From a virus, in the IMG/VR virus record IMGVR_UViG_3300035698_010970, positions 1 to 64,000 of that record: DNA of 64,000 bases; one strand, given 5' to 3'. Below, one piece after another: positions 16,136 through 24,900 of this stretch. The stretch's first letter is position 1; each line of letters starts with the position of its first letter. The translations under genes were made by a program, and so were the position numbers. Below the pieces are notes generated by a model. It did not search any database. It was not told where the DNA came from and saw only the letters and a program-made list of their open reading frames with translations.

Positions 16136-17830
16136 TCAGCGCATCTCGCCTTCAATGATGTAGCGAATGCGTTGGTAGCTAGGATCGAAAATGATGTGCT
16201 CGTCATTGACGACGGTAGAGAAGCTCGACATGGCCGCAATCGAGTCTTTTCCATCGGGGGGAGTGCTCCACGAGCCTGTCCGTCTAGCCTTGTAGGCGTC
16301 TCCCATGATCACGTCATTGAGGAACATGAACCATCCGCGCCCACTGATGCTTCCTTGGTTTCCATAGTAAGATGCGCGATCCCCGCAATACCCGTGCGAT
16401 TTCAGGTAGTCTGAGGCAAAATAGCAGCCTCCCCCGAAGGCTGCGCCGGTAATTTGCGCCCCCGGAAGGGACCGGGGCAGGCGTAGGTTGGTCTGGAGGA
16501 TGGGAGCAATGTTGACGGCTCGTGTTCCGTGGATACCCAGAAACACATTTGCGTTTTCAGCGTAATCCGAAATATCCGAAAGATCTGCACGAGTCCGGGG
16601 CTGCAAGTTTGCAAATAGATCGAAGTCTCCCACGCGTTTCTTAGCCACCTTCTTGACAGCGTTGCGAAACTCTGTGTCACGGTCCGGCCGTTCAACAGTG
16701 AACATGTTGTGGATGATGAGCTTCTGCCCTCGCAGGTGCCCATGACGATTGTTCGTCATACCTCGATAGGTCTGTTCAACCCACTTGCCTTGCTTGCTCT
16801 TCGGGTCGAGCCAACGGACCGTTGCGTTGAGACGGGAGTCCACGTCCACACCTTGGACCTGGACCTTGTCCTCCACGTCGAAGTCCTCGTTGGCCAGAGC
16901 CGACTCAAACGTGTCGAGGTCTTGCTGGAGCTGGAGGATGTTGCCCGAAGACAGCACCATCTTGAGGGCCCGAGCTTCGGCATCTTTGCTACGACCTGGG
17001 TCGGGTCGAGGAACCAAGCTTGCGACGTAGTTGGACAGCTCCTGCAGCTTCTTGTCTTTCGTGCAGGCGACCGCCAAACGGCGGTCGTACTGGGTCTGGT
17101 CGTCGGCCACCTTCTTGGTCGTCGTCTTGCCCACGCGAACGATGTGTTGCAAAGCCGTCGGGAGCAGTGTGTCTCGAACCTCTTCGATGGCTTCTTTCGT
17201 AGGAGTGACGCCACCAGACTCCGAAACCGTTCGGCGCACGTAGCTCTGAACACCTCCAACAAGGTCCTTCACGAGGCGAACCTCTTCGGGGTGGAAGCTC
17301 TTCGTAGGGAGAGCCTTGGCTTTCTTGGCAACCTTTTTCTTGGTCACCTTCTTCGCCAGGCCAGAGCTATCCTTGATCAGGTAGGCGTCAGGAAGGCCGC
17401 TTTCCCGAGTTGCAAGTTTCTGGGCGACGTAGCCGTCTTTGCCGGATTTCCCGACCCAAATGCCGTCCTTTTGTACGAGACGTTTGACGTTCTTGGATTG
17501 GCACTGCTTCTGGAAGAAGGCGCGAGCTTCGTCCTCCGAGCTGCACTGCACGAACTGGTAGTCTTGGCCTGAGAAGGCGTCTCCAGACCAGGATTTCCCG
17601 GTCTTGGCCCGACCCCACTCCAAGTACACGAACCACCCACTGTCGTTCTTGACGACTCCTGCGTGGTAGTATTTGTTGTTGTTCGCACCGAACTGGTTGA
17701 CGCACTTCAGGTCAGCGATACCAACGTCGCTCCCAAAGTCGTCTTGGTCCTTGGCCGCACGGCCTTGGTAGGTGAAGTCCGAAGGGTTCTTCCCAGCTGG
17801 GAACTCTTTACGTCCTAGTTTAGTTGGCAT
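16136..17830 (-). CDS. WGR-domain poly(ADP-ribose) polymerase (PARP)-like ADP-ribosyltransferase
   Basis: N-terminal NNNKYY...VYLEWGR (WGR), helical middle, catalytic IHGT...IL..NLR..GAAFGGGCYFA..KSHGY..FMFLNDV.MG..NDEHIIFD....IRYIIE with the H-Y-E triad. Confidence 0.88.
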   Translation of the reverse strand: MPTKLGRKEFPAGKNPSDFTYQGRAAKDQDDFGSDVGIADLKCVNQFGANNNKYYHAGVVKNDSGWFVYLEWGRAKTGKSWSGDAFSGQDYQFVQCSSEDEARAFFQKQCQSKNVKRLVQKDGIWVGKSGKDGYVAQKLATRESGLPDAYLIKDSSGLAKKVTKKKVAKKAKALPTKSFHPEEVRLVKDLVGGVQSYVRRTVSESGGVTPTKEAIEEVRDTLLPTALQHIVRVGKTTTKKVADDQTQYDRRLAVACTKDKKLQELSNYVASLVPRPDPGRSKDAEARALKMVLSSGNILQLQQDLDTFESALANEDFDVEDKVQVQGVDVDSRLNATVRWLDPKSKQGKWVEQTYRGMTNNRHGHLRGQKLIIHNMFTVERPDRDTEFRNAVKKVAKKRVGDFDLFANLQPRTRADLSDISDYAENANVFLGIHGTRAVNIAPILQTNLRLPRSLPGAQITGAAFGGGCYFASDYLKSHGYCGDRASYYGNQGSISGRGWFMFLNDVIMGDAYKARRTGSWSTPPDGKDSIAAMSSFSTVVNDEHIIFDPSYQRIRYIIEGEMR

Positions 17831-17841
17831 CTTGTTCGTTC

Positions 17842-18285
17842 CTAAGTGAAGCGGGCAGCGGAGTGGTGAATGAGGGTGACCGCGCTTTGAGCACGGTGGA
17901 AGGCAGCTTCAGTCTTGCTGAAGGCATGAACTTGGTCTTCGAGTTTGCTCACGTCGCACAGAAGAGCAGTGTCGAGGGTAGACATTGCGATGGCGTTGGA
18001 AACGTCGAACTTGAAAGGCATCACGCGGAAGAGGACAATTTCGGCGGCAAGAACTTTCTTTTCATCCCAGTCTCGTTGCTTACGCGTGGGCAGCTTTCGG
18101 ATAGCTTTGCTCACGAATATCTCAAGGCGCTTGACGGGGTGCCGTTTGAGGGTGACGCAGTGAAGATACTCGTGGCAGACAGCTTCTACAGCCACCTTGT
18201 CCGAGTTATCACCAAGACCGTGGAAGTCTGCAAGGCGGAGACAAGCGCCTCGAAAACCTCGACCAAGGTTGATACGTTGGATCAT
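17842..18285 (-). CDS. Hypothetical HExxH metalloprotease-like protein
   Basis: ATGA-coupled start (MIQRIN) at 18285; AVCHEYLH motif with downstream Glu residues. Confidence 0.55.
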   Translation of the reverse strand: MIQRINLGRGFRGACLRLADFHGLGDNSDKVAVEAVCHEYLHCVTLKRHPVKRLEIFVSKAIRKLPTRKQRDWDEKKVLAAEIVLFRVMPFKFDVSNAIAMSTLDTALLCDVSKLEDQVHAFSKTEAAFHRAQSAVTLIHHSAARFT

Positions 18286-18836
18286 TCCACACCTTCCACG
18301 AAAGACTTGTCTCTCCAGTAGGCGAAGGACTTGTGAAGAGCAGACACGAACTCTCCGTCGCTCATCTCGGTGGCTGTGCCTCCGCTCATCTCGAAGTGGT
18401 TGTACATCAGAGTCGAGGGATGCATGGGCATCTCTTCGTCCGTGATTCGAGCGTTGATGCTGATGATCTCCCACTCCGCATCCGAAGAGCGTTCGTTGTT
18501 CTCGTCGAGAACGTCGGCATGGTAGAGCACGATGTCCACGTGCTTGGCGGGCTGTTTCTCACCTTTGGTTTGGACGTTTTTGCGGGGCTCTTCGCCGTCT
18601 TGCCGGGCTTCGAAGGACCCTTGGAGGGTGTCGCCCTCTTTGAGGGTCACGACGCCTGAGAGGAACCCTTCCGCCGGTACAGGCACGAGGAGGACCCCTT
18701 CTCGGTAGCCAGGCTTGGCTTGGTCGAAGCAGTCTGTGGCGAGCTTCCGTACCTCTTCCCAGGAGCCTGTGTAGTGGCTGAACCGGGAGGCTGCGGTTTG
18801 TCGTTGGACAAAATGGCTGACTTCAATGTTGGGCAT
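18282..18836 (-). CDS. DUF3228-like protein
   Basis: FVQRQ...FSHY...KPGYREGVLLVP...FEAR..EEP...PAKHVDIVLY...WEIISINA...PMHP.TLM.N....GG pattern recalled for DUF3228; start at MPNIE with GGAAGA RBS. Confidence 0.7.
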   Translation of the reverse strand: MPNIEVSHFVQRQTAASRFSHYTGSWEEVRKLATDCFDQAKPGYREGVLLVPVPAEGFLSGVVTLKEGDTLQGSFEARQDGEEPRKNVQTKGEKQPAKHVDIVLYHADVLDENNERSSDAEWEIISINARITDEEMPMHPSTLMYNHFEMSGGTATEMSDGEFVSALHKSFAYWRDKSFVEGVE

Positions 18837-19059
18837 GGTCTTCTTCCTCGTAGAGCCCGTAGTTTTCATCCCAGTCCAGCAGGGCTAACTCTGGATCAGA
18901 CCCATGGCCATGGCACTGGGGTCCGGCGTCCGGCGCTCCGTCATTGCAGTTGTCGCAGTACGCCTGGTAGTCCCAGTTTCGTTGGGGTGTGGGATTTACG
19001 GTCGGGGAAACCGTGGGCTCCCCTCCGCAAAAAGGGCATGGTTTGTGTGCTTTGCTCAT
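18823..19059 (-). CDS. Lar-like (restriction alleviation) Zn-ribbon protein
   Basis: KPCPFCGG...CDNC...A...W pattern; start MSKAHK. Confidence 0.6.
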   Translation of the reverse strand: MSKAHKPCPFCGGEPTVSPTVNPTPQRNWDYQAYCDNCNDGAPDAGPQCHGHGSDPELALLDWDENYGLYEEEDHAQH

Positions 19060-19061
19060 CG

Positions 19062-19436
19062 TTACGCCAGCCCGACTTGAAAAGCAATCGCGGGCGTGAT
19101 GTGGTGTCCGTAACCCTCGGCGATGGTATCCTTGGCTTCCCACATGGTCTCGTCAGACATCCGCTGCTCCAGCGTGGTGCGAGGAGCCGACCACCAGCAG
19201 TGGGGGTTCAGCTGGCTCGCGTCGACAACGAAAACGTCGTTCGTGTGAGCACTCACCGCTGCAACAACACACTTCACAGCGTTGTCGGCGGCTGTTGGAC
19301 TCTCGAAAGCGTGGAAATGAGTGTAAATCTCGGTCTCGGTTTGTACTACCATGAAGTACACGCAGTACGAGAAGGGTCCGTCTTCCCCGTAGCCTTCCCG
19401 AGCGTGGCTGATGACCCCGATGTCTCCCTTGTCCAT
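19062..19436 (-). CDS. Hypothetical protein (124 aa), probably leaderless
   Basis: ATG 6 nt after the CGTAGA box. Confidence 0.65.
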   Translation of the reverse strand: MDKGDIGVISHAREGYGEDGPFSYCVYFMVVQTETEIYTHFHAFESPTAADNAVKCVVAAVSAHTNDVFVVDASQLNPHCWWSAPRTTLEQRMSDETMWEAKDTIAEGYGHHITPAIAFQVGLA

Positions 19437-19441
19437 GCACC

Positions 19442-19470
19442 CTCTACGTGAATCGACTCAAAAAGTGAAC
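19442..19470 (-). promoter_or_regulatory. Repeated phage promoter-like motif, copy 3
   Basis: GTTCAC-tttttgagtcgattca(16)-CGTAGAG. Confidence 0.7.
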
Positions 19471-19596
19471 ATGTTAGCCGTGATCTGTACGATCAACCCG
19501 AGCAAGGCGGCAAGGAGGAAGAGCCGTTTGGTATCCGCAAGCTGCGCCTTTCCCAAGTCTTCCTTCTGCTCTTCCTGAAATCTAGGCTTTTTGCGG

Positions 19597-20073
19597 TCAT
19601 GAGATCACCGTGATGAGGGTGAAGCCTTCCTCGACTGTGACAGGTTGAGACCGCATGTTGCTGATCATGACGCTCATGGTCGTCCATGGCACTCGACGAC
19701 ACATGTCTCTGGAAGCATTCCGGCGCCACACCTCGACCTCCGGGGTCAAGAACACCACCGCTTCAAGGGGAACCCCCGCTGCTTGAGCGAACCGGACCAA
19801 CACGGAGCGCCGGCCCATCTTGGTCAAAGTCGCATCAAAATAGATAGCGTTGTGGTCTAACGCATCGGTCTTCGCTTGCTGACGAAGCCAGGTGGTCTTC
19901 CCTGCCCCAGGAGGACCTACGAGGAGCACGAGCTTCGACACAGCGGGGTTTTCGAGGGTTTCCGCCAGGTCTGTGTATGCAGCCTCCCAAGCTGCGTCAA
20001 CACGGTCTGGGGTCCAGTAGTAGTCCCCCTCCTCGTCAAGGAGCAAGGCGTCCGGGGAGATTATGCGCGGCAT
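19597..20073 (-). CDS. AAA_33 / polynucleotide-kinase-like P-loop kinase
   Basis: LVLLVGPPGAGKTTW, YFDAT, RRNASR..RRVP, EEGF. Confidence 0.82.
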   Translation of the reverse strand: MPRIISPDALLLDEEGDYYWTPDRVDAAWEAAYTDLAETLENPAVSKLVLLVGPPGAGKTTWLRQQAKTDALDHNAIYFDATLTKMGRRSVLVRFAQAAGVPLEAVVFLTPEVEVWRRNASRDMCRRVPWTTMSVMISNMRSQPVTVEEGFTLITVIS

Positions 20074-20195
20074 GTGATCTTCTTGAGCTTTTCAGCGCTG
20101 TAGTGCAGCGAAGTGAGCACCCCAGCTGGGGTGCGATTCCAGGGAGTTTTTTGCGTTTTCCAGGGTTCACACTCTGCGAGATCTTGTAGGCTCAT
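20061..20195 (-). CDS. Small hypothetical protein (44 aa)
   Basis: Translated by hand: MSLQDLAECEPWKTQKTPWNRTPAGVLTSLHYSAEKLKKITCRA*; ATGA-coupled and fills the gap. Confidence 0.35.
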   Translation of the reverse strand: MSLQDLAECEPWKTQKTPWNRTPAGVLTSLHYSAEKLKKITCRA

Positions 20196-20578
20196 GCTTG
20201 GTCCTTGACCGCTTCGAAAGTCCAGAGGTGACCGTCAGCAGGCTCGCTGGGGAAGCTGTTGAGCCACTGGTCGACTTCGGGGTAGGGGGCAGGTTTCGAG
20301 TCGGTGCTGGCACTGTATTGCAGACCTCGAAAGGCCCGAGCAGAGATCCCAGCGCCGGCAAGGTCTTTGGCAGCGGGGCGCATGGCACCATGCTCAACCA
20401 TGCATCGCAAGAGATCGGCAGCATCCGCAGGAGCGGTGTTGTTGCGAACCTCCGAGAGGATCGCATGAACTCGCATCCCGTGGATGAGGCCATGGCCTGT
20501 GGCTTCCTCGTGCACACGCTTCCAAGCGGAGGCGTATGGCTCCACGGTTTTCTGCCAAGGCTTAGTAGTCTTCATCAT
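20192..20578 (-). CDS. Hypothetical protein (128 aa)
   Basis: Tiles the operon. Confidence 0.6.
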   Translation of the reverse strand: MMKTTKPWQKTVEPYASAWKRVHEEATGHGLIHGMRVHAILSEVRNNTAPADAADLLRCMVEHGAMRPAAKDLAGAGISARAFRGLQYSASTDSKPAPYPEVDQWLNSFPSEPADGHLWTFEAVKDQA

Positions 20579-20785
20579 CCACTTCTTTTTCCGTCGAAGC
20601 GAGGCTGATCACGATCGAGGCGATCGCGATGATCCAGGATCCGGACCGAAAGCGGCATCGAGGTGCTTGCGCGCAGCCTGGAGGCTCTCCCGGATCGGGG
20701 ATCCGCCATATTCTGCGTCAGGGTTCAGCGCATGGGCTGTAGCGTACAGCTTCGAGGCGGAGGAAAGAGAAGTCTTAGCGGGCAT
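20562..20785 (-). pseudogene. Small gene downstream of promoter copy 4, possibly frameshifted
   Basis: MPAKTSLSSASKLYATAHALNP...AAFGP stops at 20609; the -1 frame continues GSWIIAIASIVISLASTEKEVDDEDY* into the next start. Confidence 0.35.
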
Positions 20786-20793
20786 TACAAAAA

Positions 20794-20822
20794 CTCTACG
20801 CCAACGGGATGCGAAAGTGAAC
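20794..20822 (-). promoter_or_regulatory. Repeated phage promoter-like motif, copy 4
   Basis: GTTCAC-tttcgcatcccgttgg(16)-CGTAGAG; ATG 9 nt after the CGTAGA box. Confidence 0.7.
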
Positions 20823-20908
20823 CTAGCTCAGCAATTTCAGGGTCTCAAAAAGGATAGATACGGACTGGGGGACGTACTCGGACATTGCAGTTCTCTACCC
20901 CCACCAAG

Positions 20909-20941
20909 AAAAAAGGCTGCCACCCCAAAAGGATGGCAGCC
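20909..20941 (-). terminator. Rho-independent terminator ending the structural operon
   Basis: GGCTGCCATCC-loop-GGGTGGCAGCC followed by TTTTTT on the minus strand. Confidence 0.85.
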
Positions 20942-20959
20942 AATAGGTTAGGGCTAGAG

Positions 20960-21529
20960 CTAATCTACGTCACCAAGCCAAGGTACGTGCTTGCCGATGA
21001 GGGACCACATTCCGGAGGCAGCTAGACCAGCCGTCAAGCCGGCTAGGACTCGCTCTAGCGAGAGCGCACCTCCTGTGGCAAGGTCCACGGCCAAGACAGT
21101 TGCGACACCAAGTCCCGCAGAAACCCATGGTACGACATTGCTGGGCAACTTCGAAAGGAGTTTGAAACGGCGTGCTCCTCCAATAAGAAGCATGAGAATC
21201 GCTGAAACGCCAAGAGCGTACTCTCCACCTTGGAATGCCTTCACAGCGTCTTCACCAGTGCTTACGAGATCGGTTTCCTCACCATCCGTATCGGCACTAG
21301 ATGATGTGTCCGTGTCTGTGTCAGCATCATCATATGCTCTGGGATCGGCCACTACGGCCAATTCTTTTGCGTCTTCGGTTTCCTCCTCAACTGCTTCGGT
21401 TGCTTTGGTTTCCTCAGCGGCTACCGCTTCGGTTGCTTCGGCGACCTTTGCCTCTTCCGGTGCAGCAAGAGCTGCTGGGGAGAAGGAAAAAGCGACCAGT
21501 AGGGTGAAAATTGACAGGACTCTATTCAT
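20960..21529 (-). CDS. Membrane protein: signal peptide, acidic linker and three TM helices (holin-like C-terminus)
   Basis: N-terminal hydrophobic segment with ALA cleavage motif, Glu/Asp-rich tract, three hydrophobic helices ending GLAASGMWSL. Confidence 0.65.
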   Translation of the reverse strand: MNRVLSIFTLLVAFSFSPAALAAPEEAKVAEATEAVAAEETKATEAVEEETEDAKELAVVADPRAYDDADTDTDTSSSADTDGEETDLVSTGEDAVKAFQGGEYALGVSAILMLLIGGARRFKLLSKLPSNVVPWVSAGLGVATVLAVDLATGGALSLERVLAGLTAGLAASGMWSLIGKHVPWLGDVD

Positions 21530-21920
21530 GGGAAAAAACTCCTTGTTGGTTCAGAATGGCCTCGATGACCTGCGCCTTTGTGTGGGCAGTTTCCAGGTCT
21601 AGTTTGTTCTTTTCCGCGAATCGGAGAAGAACACCACGTGGAGTTTTGGCCAAAGACTCCACTGTGATCTCGAAGTCGAAGTCAAAGTTGGGCTCCGGCT
21701 TGGGCATAGGGCCCGGATCAATAGCATCCAAAGGTACAGGACCATCCGCCCTGTACGTTTTGGGCTTTCCCAACTTCTTCAGCTTGAGCCGCAGATCAGC
21801 GCGATGCTCTGCAGGAAGCGCAGGATTGCGAAGAGCCGTCGTCATTTCCTTTTTCCACCTTTGGAGGTGGGGACGACGGACCTTCATGTCAATCTGCTGC
21901 TGTGAGAGGTGTTGCATCAC
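21522..21920 (-). CDS. Hypothetical protein with a C-terminal HeH/Rho-N-like motif
   Basis: L..FAEKNKLDL....TKAQVIEAIL. Confidence 0.55.
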   Translation of the reverse strand: MMQHLSQQQIDMKVRRPHLQRWKKEMTTALRNPALPAEHRADLRLKLKKLGKPKTYRADGPVPLDAIDPGPMPKPEPNFDFDFEITVESLAKTPRGVLLRFAEKNKLDLETAHTKAQVIEAILNQQGVFSHE

Positions 21921-24900
21921 TCGTCTTTGGAGAAGGGTGCTAGCGGTGTTGTCGCAGGGTCTGGAGTGTTTCTCGTACGACCCTGATACATAGGCTTGCC
22001 GTTGAGGCGATACCTGTCCGCTGCGGTGGTTCCCTCACCATACCCCGTTCGGCTGATGATGCCCGAAAGATCGACGCCCTCTTTCAGCGTATCCCCATTA
22101 CCGGCTACAGAATGGGTCATAACGACCATCTGGATCTCATCTCCCTCAGTCGTGTCATCGTCTGTCGAGAACGCTTCTTCTGGGAAGTTGCGGACTAGCA
22201 GGGCCTTTCCTGCTAGCAAGGCGCCTTTGAGGACAGGGAGTTGATGGGGCTCCAAAGAGCCGCTATTCCAGTCCACAGGACCGCCAGGGTTCACTCCGTT
22301 GAGAACGAACACTGCTCCACCACCACGGAAGATGCGGTAGCGACGGGAGCCTCCTGGAGAGGAGTCCGTGAAGGCTCCATATTGCAGAATAGCGCCGTCT
22401 CCCATACCAATCAGCTCACCAGGAGCACCCGTATGGGGCGTGTACTCTTCTCCACCATTTTGAGTGAGAGGCAGCAAACGTTGTGAAGGACGAATCCCTC
22501 CCAGGAGTGTTTGGACCGCACTCGATGCATCGTTGAGCGGGTTTTCGCCCAAGAAGTCTGCGTCGTTGTAGAGAATGCCCATCGGCATTCTTTCTGTCAT
22601 TCCCGTGAGGTCGAACTTCGTAGTGCCACTACCTCCGTTGACCGGAAGATCAACGCCACCCGCAAGGTTCGCGGTGGTGATCGTAGCATCCAGAGTAGTC
22701 TCTCCCGACTTGGGAAGAAGCAACGTCAGGTTGTCCACGTCGTTGATCCGCACACGGATGCCGTTTCCTTCAGCACCAACAGTCCGGGAAATGATGTCGA
22801 TGACCTGGTCATCGACATCATTCCGAATGAAGACGGAGTTCTGCAACTCAGTCCTCGCGACCATCTTCGCAGCCAACTCTTTGGCCACAACCGTTTCGTC
22901 TGGCGACGAAGCATCAAACTCATCTTCAGCTACCGTCGCACCGTTGTTGGCACGGAAGCTTACAACGGTTCCATCGAGGCGAACCACATCCACTCGGGTT
23001 GCATTCGGGCTCGGGAGGAAGATCATCGTCGCGTTGTTTCCGTCAACACGCAAATCGACAGAAGCCCGGCTTGAGTTCTTCTTCTGACCTTCGGTGAAGG
23101 CCCGAGGTAGGAACCTCCATGCAGGCGTTCCTGGCCCGCTTGGGATACGAGAAGAAGCCTCTGAGGTGTTCTCCATGAACCCAACGTCTAGCTCCGTTCC
23201 CGGATAGACAACGCCACCAATGTTGCCCGAACCCATTGTCGTGTAGAAGTCCAAGGACGCTAACACTTGAAGGGAACGTGCATTGGGTCGTTCGGGGATT
23301 TGATTCCCGCTTGCGTCATACTGCTGAATGTGTGTATTAACTGCGTAAGCATCCGATTGTGCAACTTGCCCAGGACGATGCTCATAGTCAGAAGTGGTGC
23401 GAGTCACTCCCGCACGAGTCATGAACGGGTCACCCTGGTAGACCGTGCGCTCGTAAGCGACGTACAGAGTCGAGGAGTCCGGAGCGGCATGAGGAAGAAC
23501 CAAGCTGGCACCCTCAAGCTCTGGGTTATCGCCATCCGTGATGAGAGCACCCTCTCCGTTGTGGCGTCGAGCCATGACGAAGTTGTTCTCCGTGATCCAC
23601 CCTTTGGCAAACACGAACACTGTGCACTCCACGACGTACTCTAGGTCTGCGAAGTCCTCCCCAGACGTGAAGCTGGGGGACTTGGTGATGTCGACGACGT
23701 TCTCAGGAATGATGTACGTATGGTCTCCACGCTCACCAGTCAAGTCGTAGGCTCCGTCTTCACAGATGAAGAGAGTCTGACGTTTGGCGTCGCGGCGCAA
23801 AAGGTTCGTTGCTCGACCCGCTTGAGGCGTCACACGGTCAACACCGAAGGACACGCCCCCTTGAGCTACGAAGTCACGACGGTCGTAGACCCCATACACA
23901 CGGGCCATACCAAGGTACGGAGGCATCATGATGCCTCGAAGACCTTTCCCGAAGTCGCTCGAAGACACGTTGGCAAGCTTGCCTGTGATCTCAGCCGCTT
24001 CTGGGCATCCAGATCCAATCGTCGTGGTCAAGCGACCCTGGTATGCTGGAGTAAGGGGGCCGGTGACGGTTCCATATTGTCCGTACGCAAACCCACTAGA
24101 AGACCCTGTCTGCACCAGCATGCGGGTAACAAGAGAGCCTCCGGACTGGTTGTCCTGACCTCCGATGGCAAAGAACGCAGGGTTCGAGGCATCAGTGGTG
24201 TCCGTGAACAGGTGGTTGATCCCCTCAAGGAAGGTGCCCGCACCAAACCCAGGACCGTTGTCCTGGTAGTAGGGAATATCCTGTCGACCAAAACGGGGCA
24301 TCCACTGCGGAGGAATCTGGTACCCCATTTGAAGACCTGTGGTCAACAGCTGACCGTCATCTTTGGCTCCGTCGAACCCGGTCGGGATGAGGGCGGGGTT
24401 AGGGTAGTTGCTATCGCCGAGCAGCGTCGGGTTATCGAGATCTCCCGTGTTGTCCGTCGTCATCCCCTGAAGTGTCATCTCCAAACGTTGGAACGGACGG
24501 AACATGAGAGTTTTCGACCCTCGGTCCAGGAAGGCTTCGGTTTCCCGGGTAATCTCCGAGTTAAGCACGACATTGCCACCGTAGGCGGGAGCTGTAGGAG
24601 CGTCAAGCCCGTTTGACGGGAGACGGTTCCACAGCTGAACGTGAGCCCGTGTGAAGTCAGCCTCTGGAGGACTACCAGGAGCGCCTGTGGCAGCTGGGAA
24701 GTCCGTGTCTAGGTTAGCCGGGCTTTGGTTCAAGACCGTGCCAGGAGGGCTCTGCATAGCTACACGGTGGACCCTATCAGGGACACGTGCAGTTGCACCA
24801 CGGTTGGAGTGGTACATCAAAGTCGTGTTGACGAGGCACTTGTAGTTAAAGGGAGTCTGCAAGGTGCGCCCAGGCAAGGCTCCAGGGTTGATGTTGGCAG

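Noticed and set aside
17842-19143. Long track versions 17842-18474 and 18823-19143
   Set aside because: Their 5' parts overlap other credible genes; starts at 18285 and 19059 fit the tiling better.
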